Shown: one piece after another, positions 27,805-38,865 of the stretch
How positions within the stretch are numbered: position 1 is the stretch's first letter
Layout of the letters: each line of letters opens with the position of its first letter
NCBI GenBank assembly: GCA_965197745.1
Contig: CBDANS010000007.1
Coordinates: 800,001 to 864,000, forward strand
Reading direction: 5' to 3'
Length of the DNA: 64,000 nt
DNA from: Opitutales bacterium
Lineage (GTDB): Bacteria > Verrucomicrobiota > Verrucomicrobiia > Opitutales > PNEW01
Made by a program: the position numbers and the translations under genes
Notes under the pieces: generated by a model
What the model was told of the DNA's origin: nothing
The model's input: only the letters and a program-made list of their open reading frames with translations
The model's database searches: none

Positions 27805-28692
27805 CTATATATTTCTCTCCAGTGTGTCTTTCAAAATTTCTATCATCTCTTCCAGGGTTCGGTTTTTATCACGCGATTCGAATGTTTCATCAGCAAGAGG
27901 AGACTTGCCCATAAATTCATATAGGTCTGCAGCTCCCTGGTATATCCTTGGAGTCAGCCCTATATCATTGAATGTTTTTGCAATCTCTTCCATTTCACCA
28001 ACCCAGCGTCGCGCTTTAGTCGGCACTCCTGGAAGGTTTCGTTCCAGAGCGGCAAAAGGTTGTGGCTGGCTTAACTGAAATTCATTAACCAAAGAATCGA
28101 AGAGCCCCATTTTTGCAGCGGCGACCAGCAACTCGGTTGATAAGGCAGATGTCCCTTTCGTTAATGCCGCATAGCACATTTTCAATCCGGAAGCCTGGCC
28201 AATCACCGATCCAACGACCCGGACATCGAGACCAAATGCATTCAGTGAGGCAAATATCTCTGCGTCTTTTCCAGAAGCATAAAAACGTGTTTTTTCCTTC
28301 ACTTTTGGTGGGGGTCCAATGATACCCGCATCCACAAATCGACTGTTTGCTTCCGTGATTATTTTATCTATCATCTTTGTCGTATTGGGGGCGATGGCAT
28401 TACAATCCACATAGACAACTTCTTTACCTGTAGCATTAATTGATGCTGCGGTTTTTTCAGCTACTTTCACTGCTTCAGCGGGAACAAGGATTGAAAGGAT
28501 TAAATCTGATTCACTGACGAGCGTATCATAAGATTCTACTTCATTTATTTTTGCTTTTCTTGCCAGTGATTGAGTCAATTCACTCCGTCCCTCCAGGCAG
28601 GTATTCACCTGCAACCCGTGCTTGATGAGCACTTCTGCTACGATGTGTCCCATTTCTCCGGGACTTAACAAGCCCACTGTCTTCAGCTGCAT
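27805..28692 (-). CDS. NAD(P)-dependent oxidoreductase (6PGD/3-hydroxyisobutyrate dehydrogenase-like, DUF1932 C-terminus)
   Basis: SPGEMG, DAGIIGPPP, ASGLKMCYA..TKG, RWVGEMEEIA. Confidence 0.87.
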   Translation of the reverse strand: MQLKTVGLLSPGEMGHIVAEVLIKHGLQVNTCLEGRSELTQSLARKAKINEVESYDTLVSESDLILSILVPAEAVKVAEKTAASINATGKEVVYVDCNAIAPNTTKMIDKIITEANSRFVDAGIIGPPPKVKEKTRFYASGKDAEIFASLNAFGLDVRVVGSVIGQASGLKMCYAALTKGTSALSTELLVAAAKMGLFDSLVNEFQLSQPQPFAALERNLPGVPTKARRWVGEMEEIAKTFNDIGLTPRIYQGAADLYEFMGKSPLADETFESRDKNRTLEEMIEILKDTLERNI

Positions 28693-29026
28693 TTTTTAAT
28701 TCCTTTCATCTTGAGAATAGTGAGTTGATCTCTTTTAAATTTCAAATCGACTGTAATTTTAGATAACGACAATATTATGGTTAAATGCCAATGCTAAATT
28801 ACGTGTGTCGATGAAGTAACTGGATGAAGCGCAGACGATTCAACTTATTGATGAACGTGGAATTTATGCGCAGTCTGTGATTGGGGAAAGGTAGCCCCAG
28901 CAACCAGATTTTATAACGCGGTTGGAGATGCCATCCCCTCTGAACTTCATCTACCACCGGCCGGCCAACCCTTAAACTGAGCGGTGGCGGGGGGGGACTG
29001 AGAATACTTGAAGGGACAAGCTATGA

Positions 29027-29725
29027 TCAGGAGGTGCTCGGGATATTATAAAACCAGAATACAACGAGAGCTCCGGTGATAAGTAAAATAGCCAGTATTG
29101 GTATACAGGCGGCTAATCTGAGAGCACCAAAAATGAGGTATCGCAAGCCATTCAATAATTCTAAAACACCTGCTATTATTAAACCATAAAAGACGACGCC
29201 AAAACCAACCATTCCCAAAACACTGGATAACCCGAAGGTCAATGCAAGCCCTGCGATTATACTGCCGATGCCAAGGAATATATGCATTAAACCGGTACTG
29301 CGATATTCCGAATGCCGCATTTTATTGACTTGATTTATTAACTGAAATCCCACCTTTTCCGGAACATTATTTTCCGAAAGTTCGCGCAATATTTTATGCT
29401 TGGATTTTCCTTCCGCCAGCCGAACGCTTATATGGTAAGTAATCTCTTCAACTTTATAACCTCCCGTCGGTATTTCTTCATCCATTGATTCATCTTCCCA
29501 TTCATCCCCTGTCTGCATTTCCTCTTCGGGAGGAGTTAAACTTTGTCCCGGATGATTCGCAATACAGAGCTCTGATACTTCAGCAATGCAGACCCAGTCG
29601 TCACCCAGGTTTTCATTCCAGACGTAGTCTTCAGCGCTGAGCGTCTCCTTTTCGATTAGAGACTTTAACATTTCAATGCTAACAGGACCCACTTGCTTTT
29701 CATTCAGTGCGTAATACCAATCCAT
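29027..29725 (-). CDS. GYF_2 (DUF4339) domain membrane protein
   Basis: MDWYY...QVGPVS...VW.....W N-terminus; C-terminal TM helices. Confidence 0.8.
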   Translation of the reverse strand: MDWYYALNEKQVGPVSIEMLKSLIEKETLSAEDYVWNENLGDDWVCIAEVSELCIANHPGQSLTPPEEEMQTGDEWEDESMDEEIPTGGYKVEEITYHISVRLAEGKSKHKILRELSENNVPEKVGFQLINQVNKMRHSEYRSTGLMHIFLGIGSIIAGLALTFGLSSVLGMVGFGVVFYGLIIAGVLELLNGLRYLIFGALRLAACIPILAILLITGALVVFWFYNIPSTS

Positions 29726-29987
29726 AATATTTTTTTCCTTTTTTAGCTCCCTGATCTTACTGACTCATACCCAATTCTGATTATTTAAAAGTATATGAAT
29801 TTATTGAGTTCCAATGCTTAGTCAGAAAGTGCAATTTTAAGCTGCTATCGAAAATATACTGCTATTATTTATTTTCTATGAATAAAATAAGGTATACGCT
29901 TTAAAGTGTCTAGGTTTAATACCCTATAACCCTTAATTGCAGGTATTTTGACTAAATTTTATCAATTGCCCGAACGTGGTACAAGGA

Positions 29988-31445
29988 TCACTTAGGGGCA
30001 GTAGGCCAAATGGGAGCCATTCGCCAAATATCCAAGGAATGCACAATTGCATTCCCTCCCTCGGAGTAGAGAGCCAAGCCGAGGCTGTCTGCACGGGTGG
30101 GGTATATCCGTTTCGTCAGGCACTGCCGATTATTGGCAAAAACTTCAATTACTGAACGGTCTAAATAAATACGTAATTGTAATCTTTCTCCACTGTGGAG
30201 TTTAAAGGGGCCACGTTGAACACTTAGGTTTGCAACATCTTTGCTCAAGCTGGACCACTCAGGATCGAGTTCCAGACATTCATTGTTATGATTGTAGGCA
30301 ATACGGGTAAACTCATTTCCGTTGGGAGAACACCGCACTTTTATCCCGAACTCTATTGCATCACACACATCAATTTCAGCCGCTATTTCCAGGCAATCTC
30401 CGTTAATTCCATTGATCCTATCTGTAGCATTAGCTGTTATTTTCAGGTTTGTTAATGAATGATGATCACGCCGAAGCTGTTCCAATTCGGGGACCGGCTC
30501 AATGCCAAGATTATTTTCATTGTCCAGCGAGAGTATTCTTGGAATGGATGCGATACCCGCCCAACCAGCCTCACTTTGAATTCTGTATTTGCGCCCTTCT
30601 GAGATCCAACCAAATAAAATACGACGTCCCTGATCATCTTTCAAAGTTATCGGTGCGGATAAATTACCACTTTCGAGGTTAAAGTCGCCGTAGTTCATTC
30701 TGCCATGCTTTTCAATGTAAAATCGATGATCGCGATAGGTACCGATATAATACTGTGGGCCTCGAGCATGACTTGAGAAAAGCAATATGTGTTTATTTCC
30801 TAGGGGGAAGAAGTCAGGTACCGCACAGTCGGATTCGGGAGGTTTACCTTCAATTCCTTCATATAAAGGATGCATGTAATCCCAATGAATTAAATCATCT
30901 GATTTGAATAAGAATGCGGTGTCACCGTTTCCTTCGAAGCTGCCTCCAGAAAGCGAATACCAGGTATTCCCTTCCTTCCAGGCACAGGGATCGAATGGCT
31001 CCCACTCTTCCTGCCCTTTCGGTGGATGGGGAATCACGGGATTAGCAGGATGTTTCTTCCAGTTGATTAATTCGTCATCACCTGTCGCGATACAAGTACC
31101 CGCATCTTTACCGTAATAAATGAGCGTGGGGACCCCATCGTTATTAACAGCACCTCCGCTGTAGCAGCCGCCCTCATCGGGTTCACCCGGGTTTAATGAG
31201 AGGGCGACAGGCAAATCTTTCCAGTTTACAAGATCTTCGCTTACCGTATGCCCCCAATGCATGGTGCCGTGGAAAGAGCCATTGGGGTTGTATTGGTAGA
31301 ATAAATGGTATTTCCCTTTCCAATAGATCGCACCGTTGGGGTCATTCATCCAGTTGGCAGGAGGCAGAAAATGAAATAAAGGACGATAGGGATCCTCAGC
31401 CAGGTCAATGCGACGTGGATCGAAATCCTTATTCTTATCTGCCAT
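29988..31445 (-). CDS. Glycoside hydrolase family 32 (beta-fructofuranosidase-like)
   Basis: WMNDPNG, HWGH, CYSG, FDP, C.VPD, DRSVIEVF. Confidence 0.92.
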   Translation of the reverse strand: MADKNKDFDPRRIDLAEDPYRPLFHFLPPANWMNDPNGAIYWKGKYHLFYQYNPNGSFHGTMHWGHTVSEDLVNWKDLPVALSLNPGEPDEGGCYSGGAVNNDGVPTLIYYGKDAGTCIATGDDELINWKKHPANPVIPHPPKGQEEWEPFDPCAWKEGNTWYSLSGGSFEGNGDTAFLFKSDDLIHWDYMHPLYEGIEGKPPESDCAVPDFFPLGNKHILLFSSHARGPQYYIGTYRDHRFYIEKHGRMNYGDFNLESGNLSAPITLKDDQGRRILFGWISEGRKYRIQSEAGWAGIASIPRILSLDNENNLGIEPVPELEQLRRDHHSLTNLKITANATDRINGINGDCLEIAAEIDVCDAIEFGIKVRCSPNGNEFTRIAYNHNNECLELDPEWSSLSKDVANLSVQRGPFKLHSGERLQLRIYLDRSVIEVFANNRQCLTKRIYPTRADSLGLALYSEGGNAIVHSLDIWRMAPIWPTAPK

Positions 31446-31492
31446 TAAATATTCCTTTGTAGAATCTGAAGGAAAGCTTCGAGTAATTTTAT

Positions 31493-32677
31493 CTATTGAG
31501 AAGATGGGGGTCCCGCAAAACCCTCCATTGCATGCGCACTCATGTATTCACGGTCAAGATTGATTCCAAGACCAGGTCTATCTGAAAGATAGAGATCTCC
31601 ACTTCTGATGTCCAATGGGTAGTCAATAAAAGGATTGTAGTCACTTAAATCGTACTTAGTCGTCTCCAGTTTATAGAAGTTCGGTACCGTCATCATTACT
31701 TGCGCTCCAGCCATTACGTTAATAGGCCCGCTGGCGTCATGAGGTGATACCGGGATATAGTAACTCTCAGCCAGGGTTGAGATCTTTTTAAGCTCACTGA
31801 TTCCCCCCGTCCATGTAACATCCGGCATAATATAATCAGCGAGATTATTTTCGAAAACAGGTATAAATTCATATCGTGTGTATAACCTTTCGCCCACAGA
31901 AATTTTCAGATTTATTTTCTCCCGCACTTGTTTAAGCGCGTGATAACTCTCCGGCGGGCAAGGTTCTTCAAACCAGAATATATCGTAAGGTTCAAGCCTT
32001 CGGGCTAGATCAATAGCCGTAGGGACGTTATACTTACCATGGGCATCAATAAGAAGTTCGATGCTTGGCCCTACGGTTTCTCTGATAGCTGCTGTAATTT
32101 CTGTCGCTTCTTCTGCGCCCTTAATTGAAATCTGACCATCCATATAAGCGGCATTGCCTTCAGGAATGGCGTGCATAAACGGGTCGAGTTTAAATGCGCG
32201 GTGCCCTGATTCAACAATAGCCACAGCATCAGCTGCCGCCGTCACCGGGTCTTTGGGCTCAGGCGGGTGACAGTAAAGACCGATGCGGTCCCTTACTGGT
32301 CCACCGAGCAGCATGTAAATGGGTTGGTCCAGAACTTTTCCTCGAATATCCCAGAGAGCGATGTCGATCGCGCTGACCACGGCACTCGCCGCGCCACGTA
32401 TCCCGACATAAGTCAAAGATCTGAGGGTTTCATGCCACAAAGTTTCGATATGGGAAGGATCACGTCCGATTAATCCTTTACCGATTTCCCTGACCATGGA
32501 AGCAACAGCAGTATTCGCCGTTGGTCCGGGATAAGTTGTAATTTCCCCCCAACCGATGAGGCCTTCGTCTGTATCAACCTCGATAAAGAAGTACTGACGA
32601 TCGATGGGGGACTGTTCTCCATCTCGATTCATCCACGGGACATTAATGATCCATGGGTTGATAGCGGTAATTTTCAT
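31493..32677 (-). CDS. Mandelate racemase family, galactonate dehydratase-like
   Basis: DIALWDIRGK, KLD, DAH, EEP, GER, PHD. Confidence 0.88.
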   Translation of the reverse strand: MKITAINPWIINVPWMNRDGEQSPIDRQYFFIEVDTDEGLIGWGEITTYPGPTANTAVASMVREIGKGLIGRDPSHIETLWHETLRSLTYVGIRGAASAVVSAIDIALWDIRGKVLDQPIYMLLGGPVRDRIGLYCHPPEPKDPVTAAADAVAIVESGHRAFKLDPFMHAIPEGNAAYMDGQISIKGAEEATEITAAIRETVGPSIELLIDAHGKYNVPTAIDLARRLEPYDIFWFEEPCPPESYHALKQVREKINLKISVGERLYTRYEFIPVFENNLADYIMPDVTWTGGISELKKISTLAESYYIPVSPHDASGPINVMAGAQVMMTVPNFYKLETTKYDLSDYNPFIDYPLDIRSGDLYLSDRPGLGINLDREYMSAHAMEGFAGPPSSQ

Positions 32678-33280
32678 TATGTATTAGTTCATGGATTCAA
32701 TGAAGTGACCCGTTTGACACTATTAAAAATGGTGGGCATTTAAATTATCACAAACAACTATTTTCTGATTCGAGTTCCAGCAATGTTTATAAAATCGATG
32801 TTGTTTGTATATATTCTTAAGTCAATATGTGATCGCGACACAGTCCTGGCGTATGCTGATCATTTTGAGTGAAGAATTGGATCAATCCTATTTAAAAATT
32901 ATTAAGTGACTAACAGTAAGACAAAGGCAATGAATTAACCTGTCACCCAAGATTATCAGTCTTCGTGCGGTGTCGTATTTTTACACTGTTTAATTTGTAA
33001 ACGAGAATGTAAATTCATCTATGTAAAATAAGAAAAATTTTAGGACAAAAAGAAGTTAAAGAAATGTAAAAATAAAAACGCTAAATCAATGCAACTTGCC
33101 TTAGACTATGATTAGTATATAAATAATATTTACTATGAGGTGTTATATGTCAGGAACAGTAATAATAAAAAGCATTTCAATATTGGGTGAGTTCCATCTT
33201 GCGATCGGAAAATAATGAGCATGGACCTGAATACCTTATATAAAAAACCGATAATGTAATAACTTAAAAATTTAATTAAA

Positions 33281-33739
33281 ATGAAGAATATATATATAAT
33301 CGAAGATGATGAAGTAGTGCGTAATCTTCTCGTGCGTTATTTAGATGAAATAATACCGGAGTATGAATTAGTCGGAACCAGCGTGGACGGTGAAACGGCG
33401 AGAGAGGACTGTGTTAAACTGAATCCCGACCTCGTCATTCTGGATTTGTATTTACCGGGAATAAATGGGCTCGAAATATTGCACTTTATTAAGAGCAATT
33501 TACCCAAGACTAAGGTAATCATATTTTCGGGAATAGCGGAAAAAAAGATTTATGATATTGCCGTTCAGGGTAAAGCGGATGGTTATGTTATAAAATCCTC
33601 AGGGTTTGAAGAATTTTACCATGCCGTAAATACGTATATGCGAGGGGGGCACATATTACAGTCCGGTGTTTCACAAAACACGGCTCTCTACAGCCATATA
33701 AATTTTATTCATTGTCCACATTGCGTGACCCTCGGGTAG
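33281..33739 (+). CDS. NarL-type response regulator receiver without an output domain (possibly a truncated pseudogene)
   Basis: IEDD, LDLYLPGING, GYVIK; no LuxR HTH; apparent frameshift at G6 33644..33649. Confidence 0.75.
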   Translation: MKNIYIIEDDEVVRNLLVRYLDEIIPEYELVGTSVDGETAREDCVKLNPDLVILDLYLPGINGLEILHFIKSNLPKTKVIIFSGIAEKKIYDIAVQGKADGYVIKSSGFEEFYHAVNTYMRGGHILQSGVSQNTALYSHINFIHCPHCVTLG

Positions 33740-34091
33740 GCTCTTGATGGCTTCCTGAACACAGGCGTTTATTAGTGGAATGCATTGTGAATTGACTGGG
33801 ACATAGGCGTTTGTCCCTATCGACTTAATTCAGGACAACCTTTGCTGCATTAGTTCAGGGGCATGCGGATCTAAGCACTTATTGCAGCGCTGACTGTCGT
33901 AGTCCGGGCACCATGGGACAACTGCTGAAGCACACTGGGGGACACGGTAATGGTTGGCATACCCAATTTTATGACGACTTCCAATCTTTCAAACCATGAG
34001 TTAATGGTCGATGGTTGAAGAAACGCGAATTAGCTGTGATCAATTTTAGGGAAGACGAAGTATACTATCCCCTTACAGGTCCGTTTTACGG

Positions 34092-34868
34092 TTAGAAGCC
34101 TTCATTGATGAAAGCTATTGCCGGGTCTTCCTCTTTGATCTTAACGACTTCCAGGCCTTCCGTAGTTTCGCCAATATATGGAATCAATGCCGCGGCCATC
34201 AAAGGTATGTATTTATTCAGATCTTCCTCCTCATTATTATTGATGATCTCTATTTTCCAGATCTGGACGGAAGATCTATTTTTCTCAGGTGCACGGTTGT
34301 CATGCGATATCATGCTCAAGCGTTTTTCAAAAGTTAAGACTGGGATATAGGATTCTTCGACCATCGTAAATGAACCGATAATGGGTTCCGTGTGCCTTTT
34401 GAATTTACTGGTCAGCGGTCCGCTAACACTGTAAGATATATCAATAATCATTTCGGCTTGCTCAGGATCAGGTGACTCGTAATAGCCTCTTCCCGATAGT
34501 GCCGTTTTGATATATTGAGTCGCTTCTTCGAATAACATCGGTTGTTCAGCCAATTCTTCTGTCGAACTGACAATCTTATAGGATTCAGGTCGATTAACGG
34601 CTACAGCCATTTGTGGGCTAGTTAAGGCGTTAACTTTAAAAGTATAGGTAGTCGTAGTACAGCCACCGAATATTATCCCGAAACATAGGACAGTTAGTAC
34701 TAATAATTGAATTTTTATATACTGAATGACCTCTCTCAAATCGTCATACCAAAAGAGTCGAAGGACACTCGAATTCAATAGAGGAGGGTCATATCTCTCG
34801 CTTCCGATGGCATAGCTCGGCGGAACATCGGGTCCGATTTGGGCAATTGTAGGAATGGTACTCATCAT
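34092..34868 (-). CDS. Putative lipoprotein (DUF4136-like); true start probably downstream
   Basis: Hydrophobic stretch ending FGGC (lipobox-like); ALSGRGY..IDISY. Confidence 0.55.
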   Translation of the reverse strand: MMSTIPTIAQIGPDVPPSYAIGSERYDPPLLNSSVLRLFWYDDLREVIQYIKIQLLVLTVLCFGIIFGGCTTTTYTFKVNALTSPQMAVAVNRPESYKIVSSTEELAEQPMLFEEATQYIKTALSGRGYYESPDPEQAEMIIDISYSVSGPLTSKFKRHTEPIIGSFTMVEESYIPVLTFEKRLSMISHDNRAPEKNRSSVQIWKIEIINNNEEEDLNKYIPLMAAALIPYIGETTEGLEVVKIKEEDPAIAFINEGF

Positions 34869-35264
34869 TAGTATATTTAATGTTCAATAAATATAACATT
34901 ACCAAAACTTTAATAAAAAGGCGATAAAAATACGCTATTTTACGTGTGAATAAAATGTGAAAATGCTGATAATCAATAAGATGATAAATCCATATAAGCA
35001 GACACACCGACCCTAACGGTCAACTATAGCAAAGTAGTTGATTTACGGAAATATAGAGATCCGTGAATTAACGATTATTTGAAGATCGTTAAAGATAGAG
35101 CAATTGGAAGGAGCAGAAATTACCGCGGATAACGATTAGCAATATGAAAAAAAAGAGTAAAAACACGCGAACAGGTGTTGAAAAATGATGTGACTTATCT
35201 GATCAGGTTATGAGAGGATATAGGTTTCGGTGTTGAGGTGGGATCCTTTCAATCGCTTATGCGC

Positions 35265-36365
35265 TTAAAGACGATTAAGAACCAGTTCAACTTCATCCCA
35301 CATTGCCAGGACTTTGGCTTTCTGAATGGCAGCGCGCTCCTTTAATTTTGTGATAAGAGAGGTACGCTTAGTTTCGTCAGTGATATACGATAATTTTTCA
35401 TCTAACTCACTTTCCGAATGGATTGAGTCGATTAGGCAGTCGCTACAATCATAATCCTCGAAAAGAGGATTATATTTATGGATCCATCTGGTTCCGATTG
35501 TGGGAATCGCTTGATTGAGACCGCTTATCAGTGCATGATAGCGTGATCCGATCAAGCCGTAGCTACATCCAATTATCCCTTTTGCTCTTATAGCTGTTTC
35601 ATCGATAATTTGGATTTTAAAATTTAATGATTGAGCAAGTACAGAGGTAAAAGAACGGTCCTCTTCGGCATGAAGCATAATAAAAGGCTCCAGACCCCGA
35701 TTAATAATTTTGTAAATACAATTTTGAAGAAATGTTAAGTAATGACTGCCGATATCATGGGGCGTTTTATCGATCATTCTAATATTCGGAACGATACAAA
35801 CCTTATTGTGCCATTCAGCGGGATTGGCTGGAATTTCCCCGGGAAGAAGGAGAGTAAAATCGGGTGATATCTTTAGATTGGTAGCGTGCGGAGAGCATTT
35901 GAGGAGGGATTGATATGAAGTGTAATCTCGGGCGTAGACTAAATCACAACAGTCAATTATACTGGCCATAAACTGCTGTAGATATTCAGATTTAAAAGCG
36001 CCAAAGGTTTGCGGTAACAATATGATTTTACCCCCCAGTTTTTTTAGTCGCTGGTACAAGTACAGCCTATACTTATCCTGGGAGGAATGTTCCTTCCAGA
36101 GATCACTGTAATGAAAGCCCGAACAGTCGAAAACCGCATCAGTGCTGCGAGCGCGTATCTCTTCACGCAATATTTTTAAAAGATGGCGGGGGATAAATTT
36201 AGAAAATGCCACCTTCATAAACTGAAGGGATCTCTGAGAAGTCTCTATTTTTTGGGTATTAACATTGAAGCGGGTACTCAGTTTTTGCTCTATGGCTCTT
36301 GCCATCAAAACATCACCTTTATTGATGAAGACAGGTCCTATAACATTTATGGTTTTTGTTTGCAT
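35265..36365 (-). CDS. Polysaccharide pyruvyl transferase family protein
   Basis: NKGD.LM, PQTFG, YARD..S, PD, GSRYH. Confidence 0.88.
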   Translation of the reverse strand: MQTKTINVIGPVFINKGDVLMARAIEQKLSTRFNVNTQKIETSQRSLQFMKVAFSKFIPRHLLKILREEIRARSTDAVFDCSGFHYSDLWKEHSSQDKYRLYLYQRLKKLGGKIILLPQTFGAFKSEYLQQFMASIIDCCDLVYARDYTSYQSLLKCSPHATNLKISPDFTLLLPGEIPANPAEWHNKVCIVPNIRMIDKTPHDIGSHYLTFLQNCIYKIINRGLEPFIMLHAEEDRSFTSVLAQSLNFKIQIIDETAIRAKGIIGCSYGLIGSRYHALISGLNQAIPTIGTRWIHKYNPLFEDYDCSDCLIDSIHSESELDEKLSYITDETKRTSLITKLKERAAIQKAKVLAMWDEVELVLNRL

Positions 36366-36895
36366 CTATTCGGGGGCCAATTTCATATCACAGAACCAAT
36401 AGGCTAAGACCATTAATTAAGCAAATCCCTGATTGCGCAATGGCTGGATTTAATTCGGTGAATAAAGAAATAATAGAAACGGATCTTCCCACCCGTCGTT
36501 TAGGAAAGACCTGATCGGACCCCGTATTTCGTATCAAATTTTAAGTGAGAGAACTACCGGGTGTTAATGGTTTTAGGATTGATGTATATGAGAGATCTTG
36601 GCGCAGTGAGGGCGTAGCCCGAACGCGGCCAAGAGCGGAAAGGAATGTGACAAACTCTTGTGGGCTTTTAAAGCCTAATCGACTGTGGGGATGTTCATTG
36701 TTATAGGTCTGACGCCATTGTTCTATTAGCACTTGCGCTTCAGCCACGCTGAGCAACACTTCACGGTTCAAACACTCATCGCGTAAGCGGTTGTGAAACG
36801 ACTCGATGAAACCGTTCCAGGGACTGCCCGGATCGATATATATCGCCTTGATCTTTTTGTCGGACAACCACTGCTGCACCTGATGAGCAATGAAT

Positions 36896-36927
36896 GGCTT
36901 CGCATGTCGTCGCTTCGCTCCTCGGAA
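36896..36927 (-). mobile_element. 32-nt TWCCGAR micro-insertion in the DNGS-E-F codon of IS copy 2
   Basis: Identical to 235..266. Confidence 0.85.
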
Positions 36928-37055
36928 CACTGCCGTTGTCACTGCGGATATAGCTAGGAACTCCCTCTTCATCGATGGTTTCGCTGAGTACCGAGAGAAC
37001 ATCGGTTGAGGTGAGCTGTCGAGCTACCCGGATGCGTAAACATTTACGCGTATAT

Positions 37056-37098
37056 GTCTTCGCTTCGCTTGAGTGTCGTCGCTTTCAGCTCCTCGGTA
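37056..37098 (-). mobile_element. 43-nt TWCCGAR micro-insertion in the ID-E-Y codon of IS copy 2
   Basis: One substitution relative to 395..437. Confidence 0.85.
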
Positions 37099-37527
37099 CA
37101 TCGATCAAGGTCATCATCTTTAGCATACCGCCATTGTCTGTACGATCATGGACAAAGTCCCAGGACCAGACGTGATTGCGACCGGTTGCTTTAGTAGGGA
37201 GCCCAGTAGAGATCCCCTGACGGTGTCTACGCTTTTTTGGGGGCTTTACCTGTAAGCCCGAAGAACGTCGCACTGCCTGTACAAATTTCCTGCTTGCCGC
37301 CCAACCTTCTTTCACCAGCAAGGCACGAATGCGCCGGTAACCGTAACGGGGATGTTCCCAGGACAAGGTCAAAATCCGCTCGGCCAATTGCTGAGCCTTC
37401 TTACTGGCCTGCTTGGGTCGGTAGCTGTACGTTGACCAACTGAGGCTGAGATAAGCACAAGCCCTCTAAAACGAGCACAGCCCCTTCTCAGCCGCATCTT
37501 TTACTGCTCGCTTCTTCTGCTTTGGGC

Positions 37528-37794
37528 TCACCATTTTTTTGAGAGCGTTTCCTCCAACACCCGAAGCTTGAGCATTTGATCAGCGAGCATCTTCTTCAGC
37601 TCCGTATTCTCCTTTTCCAGCTCTTTAAATCGCTTCGCATCAGCCAGCTCCAAGTTGCCATACTTTTTGCCCCAGCGATAGAAGGTCTGTTCACTTAGGT
37701 TGTTGCCGTGGCAGACTTCCTGCACGGTTTTGCCCGTATCGGGCTGCCGCAGTATTGCTATGATCTGTTCTGTTGTATATCTTTTTCTTTTCAT
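37528..37794 (-). CDS. IS3 transposase OrfA
   Basis: Near-identical to 867..1133; A7 slippery site. Confidence 0.9.
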   Translation of the reverse strand: MKRKRYTTEQIIAILRQPDTGKTVQEVCHGNNLSEQTFYRWGKKYGNLELADAKRFKELEKENTELKKMLADQMLKLRVLEETLSKKW

Positions 37795-38794
37795 TGAGGT
37801 TATCTGTTTATCCCGATAACCTCTCTCTGTTAATGATACCATTTTTGGGGGTCACTCCATGCCGAATTATACCCGACGGTGCTCAGTCTCGGTGGGGTCC
37901 ATTTAGGAGGTGCGCAGAACGGTCTGGGTATAGAGGGTGATGATGAAAGGGCTGCGGACATGGTGGAAACTGCCTGTCGTTTGGGCATAACTCTTGTCGA
38001 TACTTCGCCCCTTTACGGAAGAAGTGAATACCGAGTCGGAATAGCATTAAAAAGAAATAAATTTTCCGACCTCATAATATCAACTAAAACGGGCACTCAT
38101 CCGGAACGTCAATACAGTTATTCTAATGAGGATCTTCGCTGGTCATTTAATAATAGTCTGCGCATGCTGGGCCGAATATGTGTGGATGTAGCAATGATCC
38201 ACGATCCACCCAGTATGCAACCTGTATTTAAGTCGGGTCATGGATTTGACACTATGGAGGAGCTGCGAAAAGAGGGTAAACTGCGTTATATTGGGCTCGG
38301 CGTTCGGGATCACTCATTTCACATTGAGGCCATCAAAGCGGGTAAAGTGGATGTCATTCTCACTTACGGAGATTTCAATCTAGTTCGAAGAACCGCGCGT
38401 TCTCTTATTGACATGGCCTACAATGAAGGGGTGGGAGTATTTCTCGGTTCACCTCAAATGCTTGGACTGCTTGCTCGTGGTGAGCCCGCACATGTTGCGA
38501 AGGAACAATTAAATCTTACTAATTGGTTTAATGATGGGGATTTTAAAACAGCTCAGGAGTGGTGGTTGTGGTGTCGCGAGCGTGATATACAACTCAGGCA
38601 TTTGAACATGCGTTATATCATGAATAATCCCAAAATAGGATGTGTTCTCACGGGGGGGGGCGACAGTAGAAGAATTAGAACAAAATATTCACGAGGCACT
38701 GACACCAATTCCAAAAGATATATGGAATGAAGCAATGGAGAGGATTGTCATGCTGGATGAAAAAGCTTCGCGCTGAAATGACAAGAAACACATA

Positions 38795-38838
38795 GAAAAA
38801 AGCCACCATCCTGTTGCCGCAGGATGATGGCTTTATTA
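38795..38838. terminator. Probable bidirectional intrinsic terminator
   Basis: AAAAAAGCCACCATCCTG-loop-CAGGATGATGGCTTTATT between convergent genes. Confidence 0.7.
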
Positions 38839-38865
38839 ATCTGACCTCTATTAATCTATCGGAAA

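Larger units (their letters stand above)
36541..37531 (-). pseudogene. IS3 OrfB with a nonsense codon (37466..37468), a codon deletion (PWNG) and two micro-insertions
   Basis: Alignment by eye with copy 1. Confidence 0.85.
36512..37859 (-). mobile_element. IS3-family insertion sequence, copy 2 (related to copy 1, degenerate)
   Basis: Imperfect IRs TGGAGTGACCCCCAAAAATGGTATCA / TGATCGGACCCCGTATTTCGTATCA; orfA plus broken orfB. Confidence 0.93.
36458..38776 (+). pseudogene. Aldo/keto reductase split by IS copy 2, with an additional frameshift at a G9 tract
   Basis: ...DLPTRRLGKT (to 36511) | IS | ELYPTVLSLGG, DTSPLYG.SE, STK, IHDP; the C-terminus continues in another frame after 38652..38660. 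Confidence 0.85.

Noticed and set aside
28820..29010. Possible structured ncRNA (6S-like or riboswitch) in a GC-rich intergenic patch
   Set aside because: No convincing family consensus; it reads at least as well as a frameshifted gene remnant (LDEAQTIQLIDERG / WGKVAPATRFYNAVGD). An Rfam scan would settle it.
1197..37859. Composite transposon bounded by IS copies 1 and 2
   Set aside because: Copy 2 sits inside a gene whose two halves flank it directly, so it inserted independently; the two copies are also diverged.
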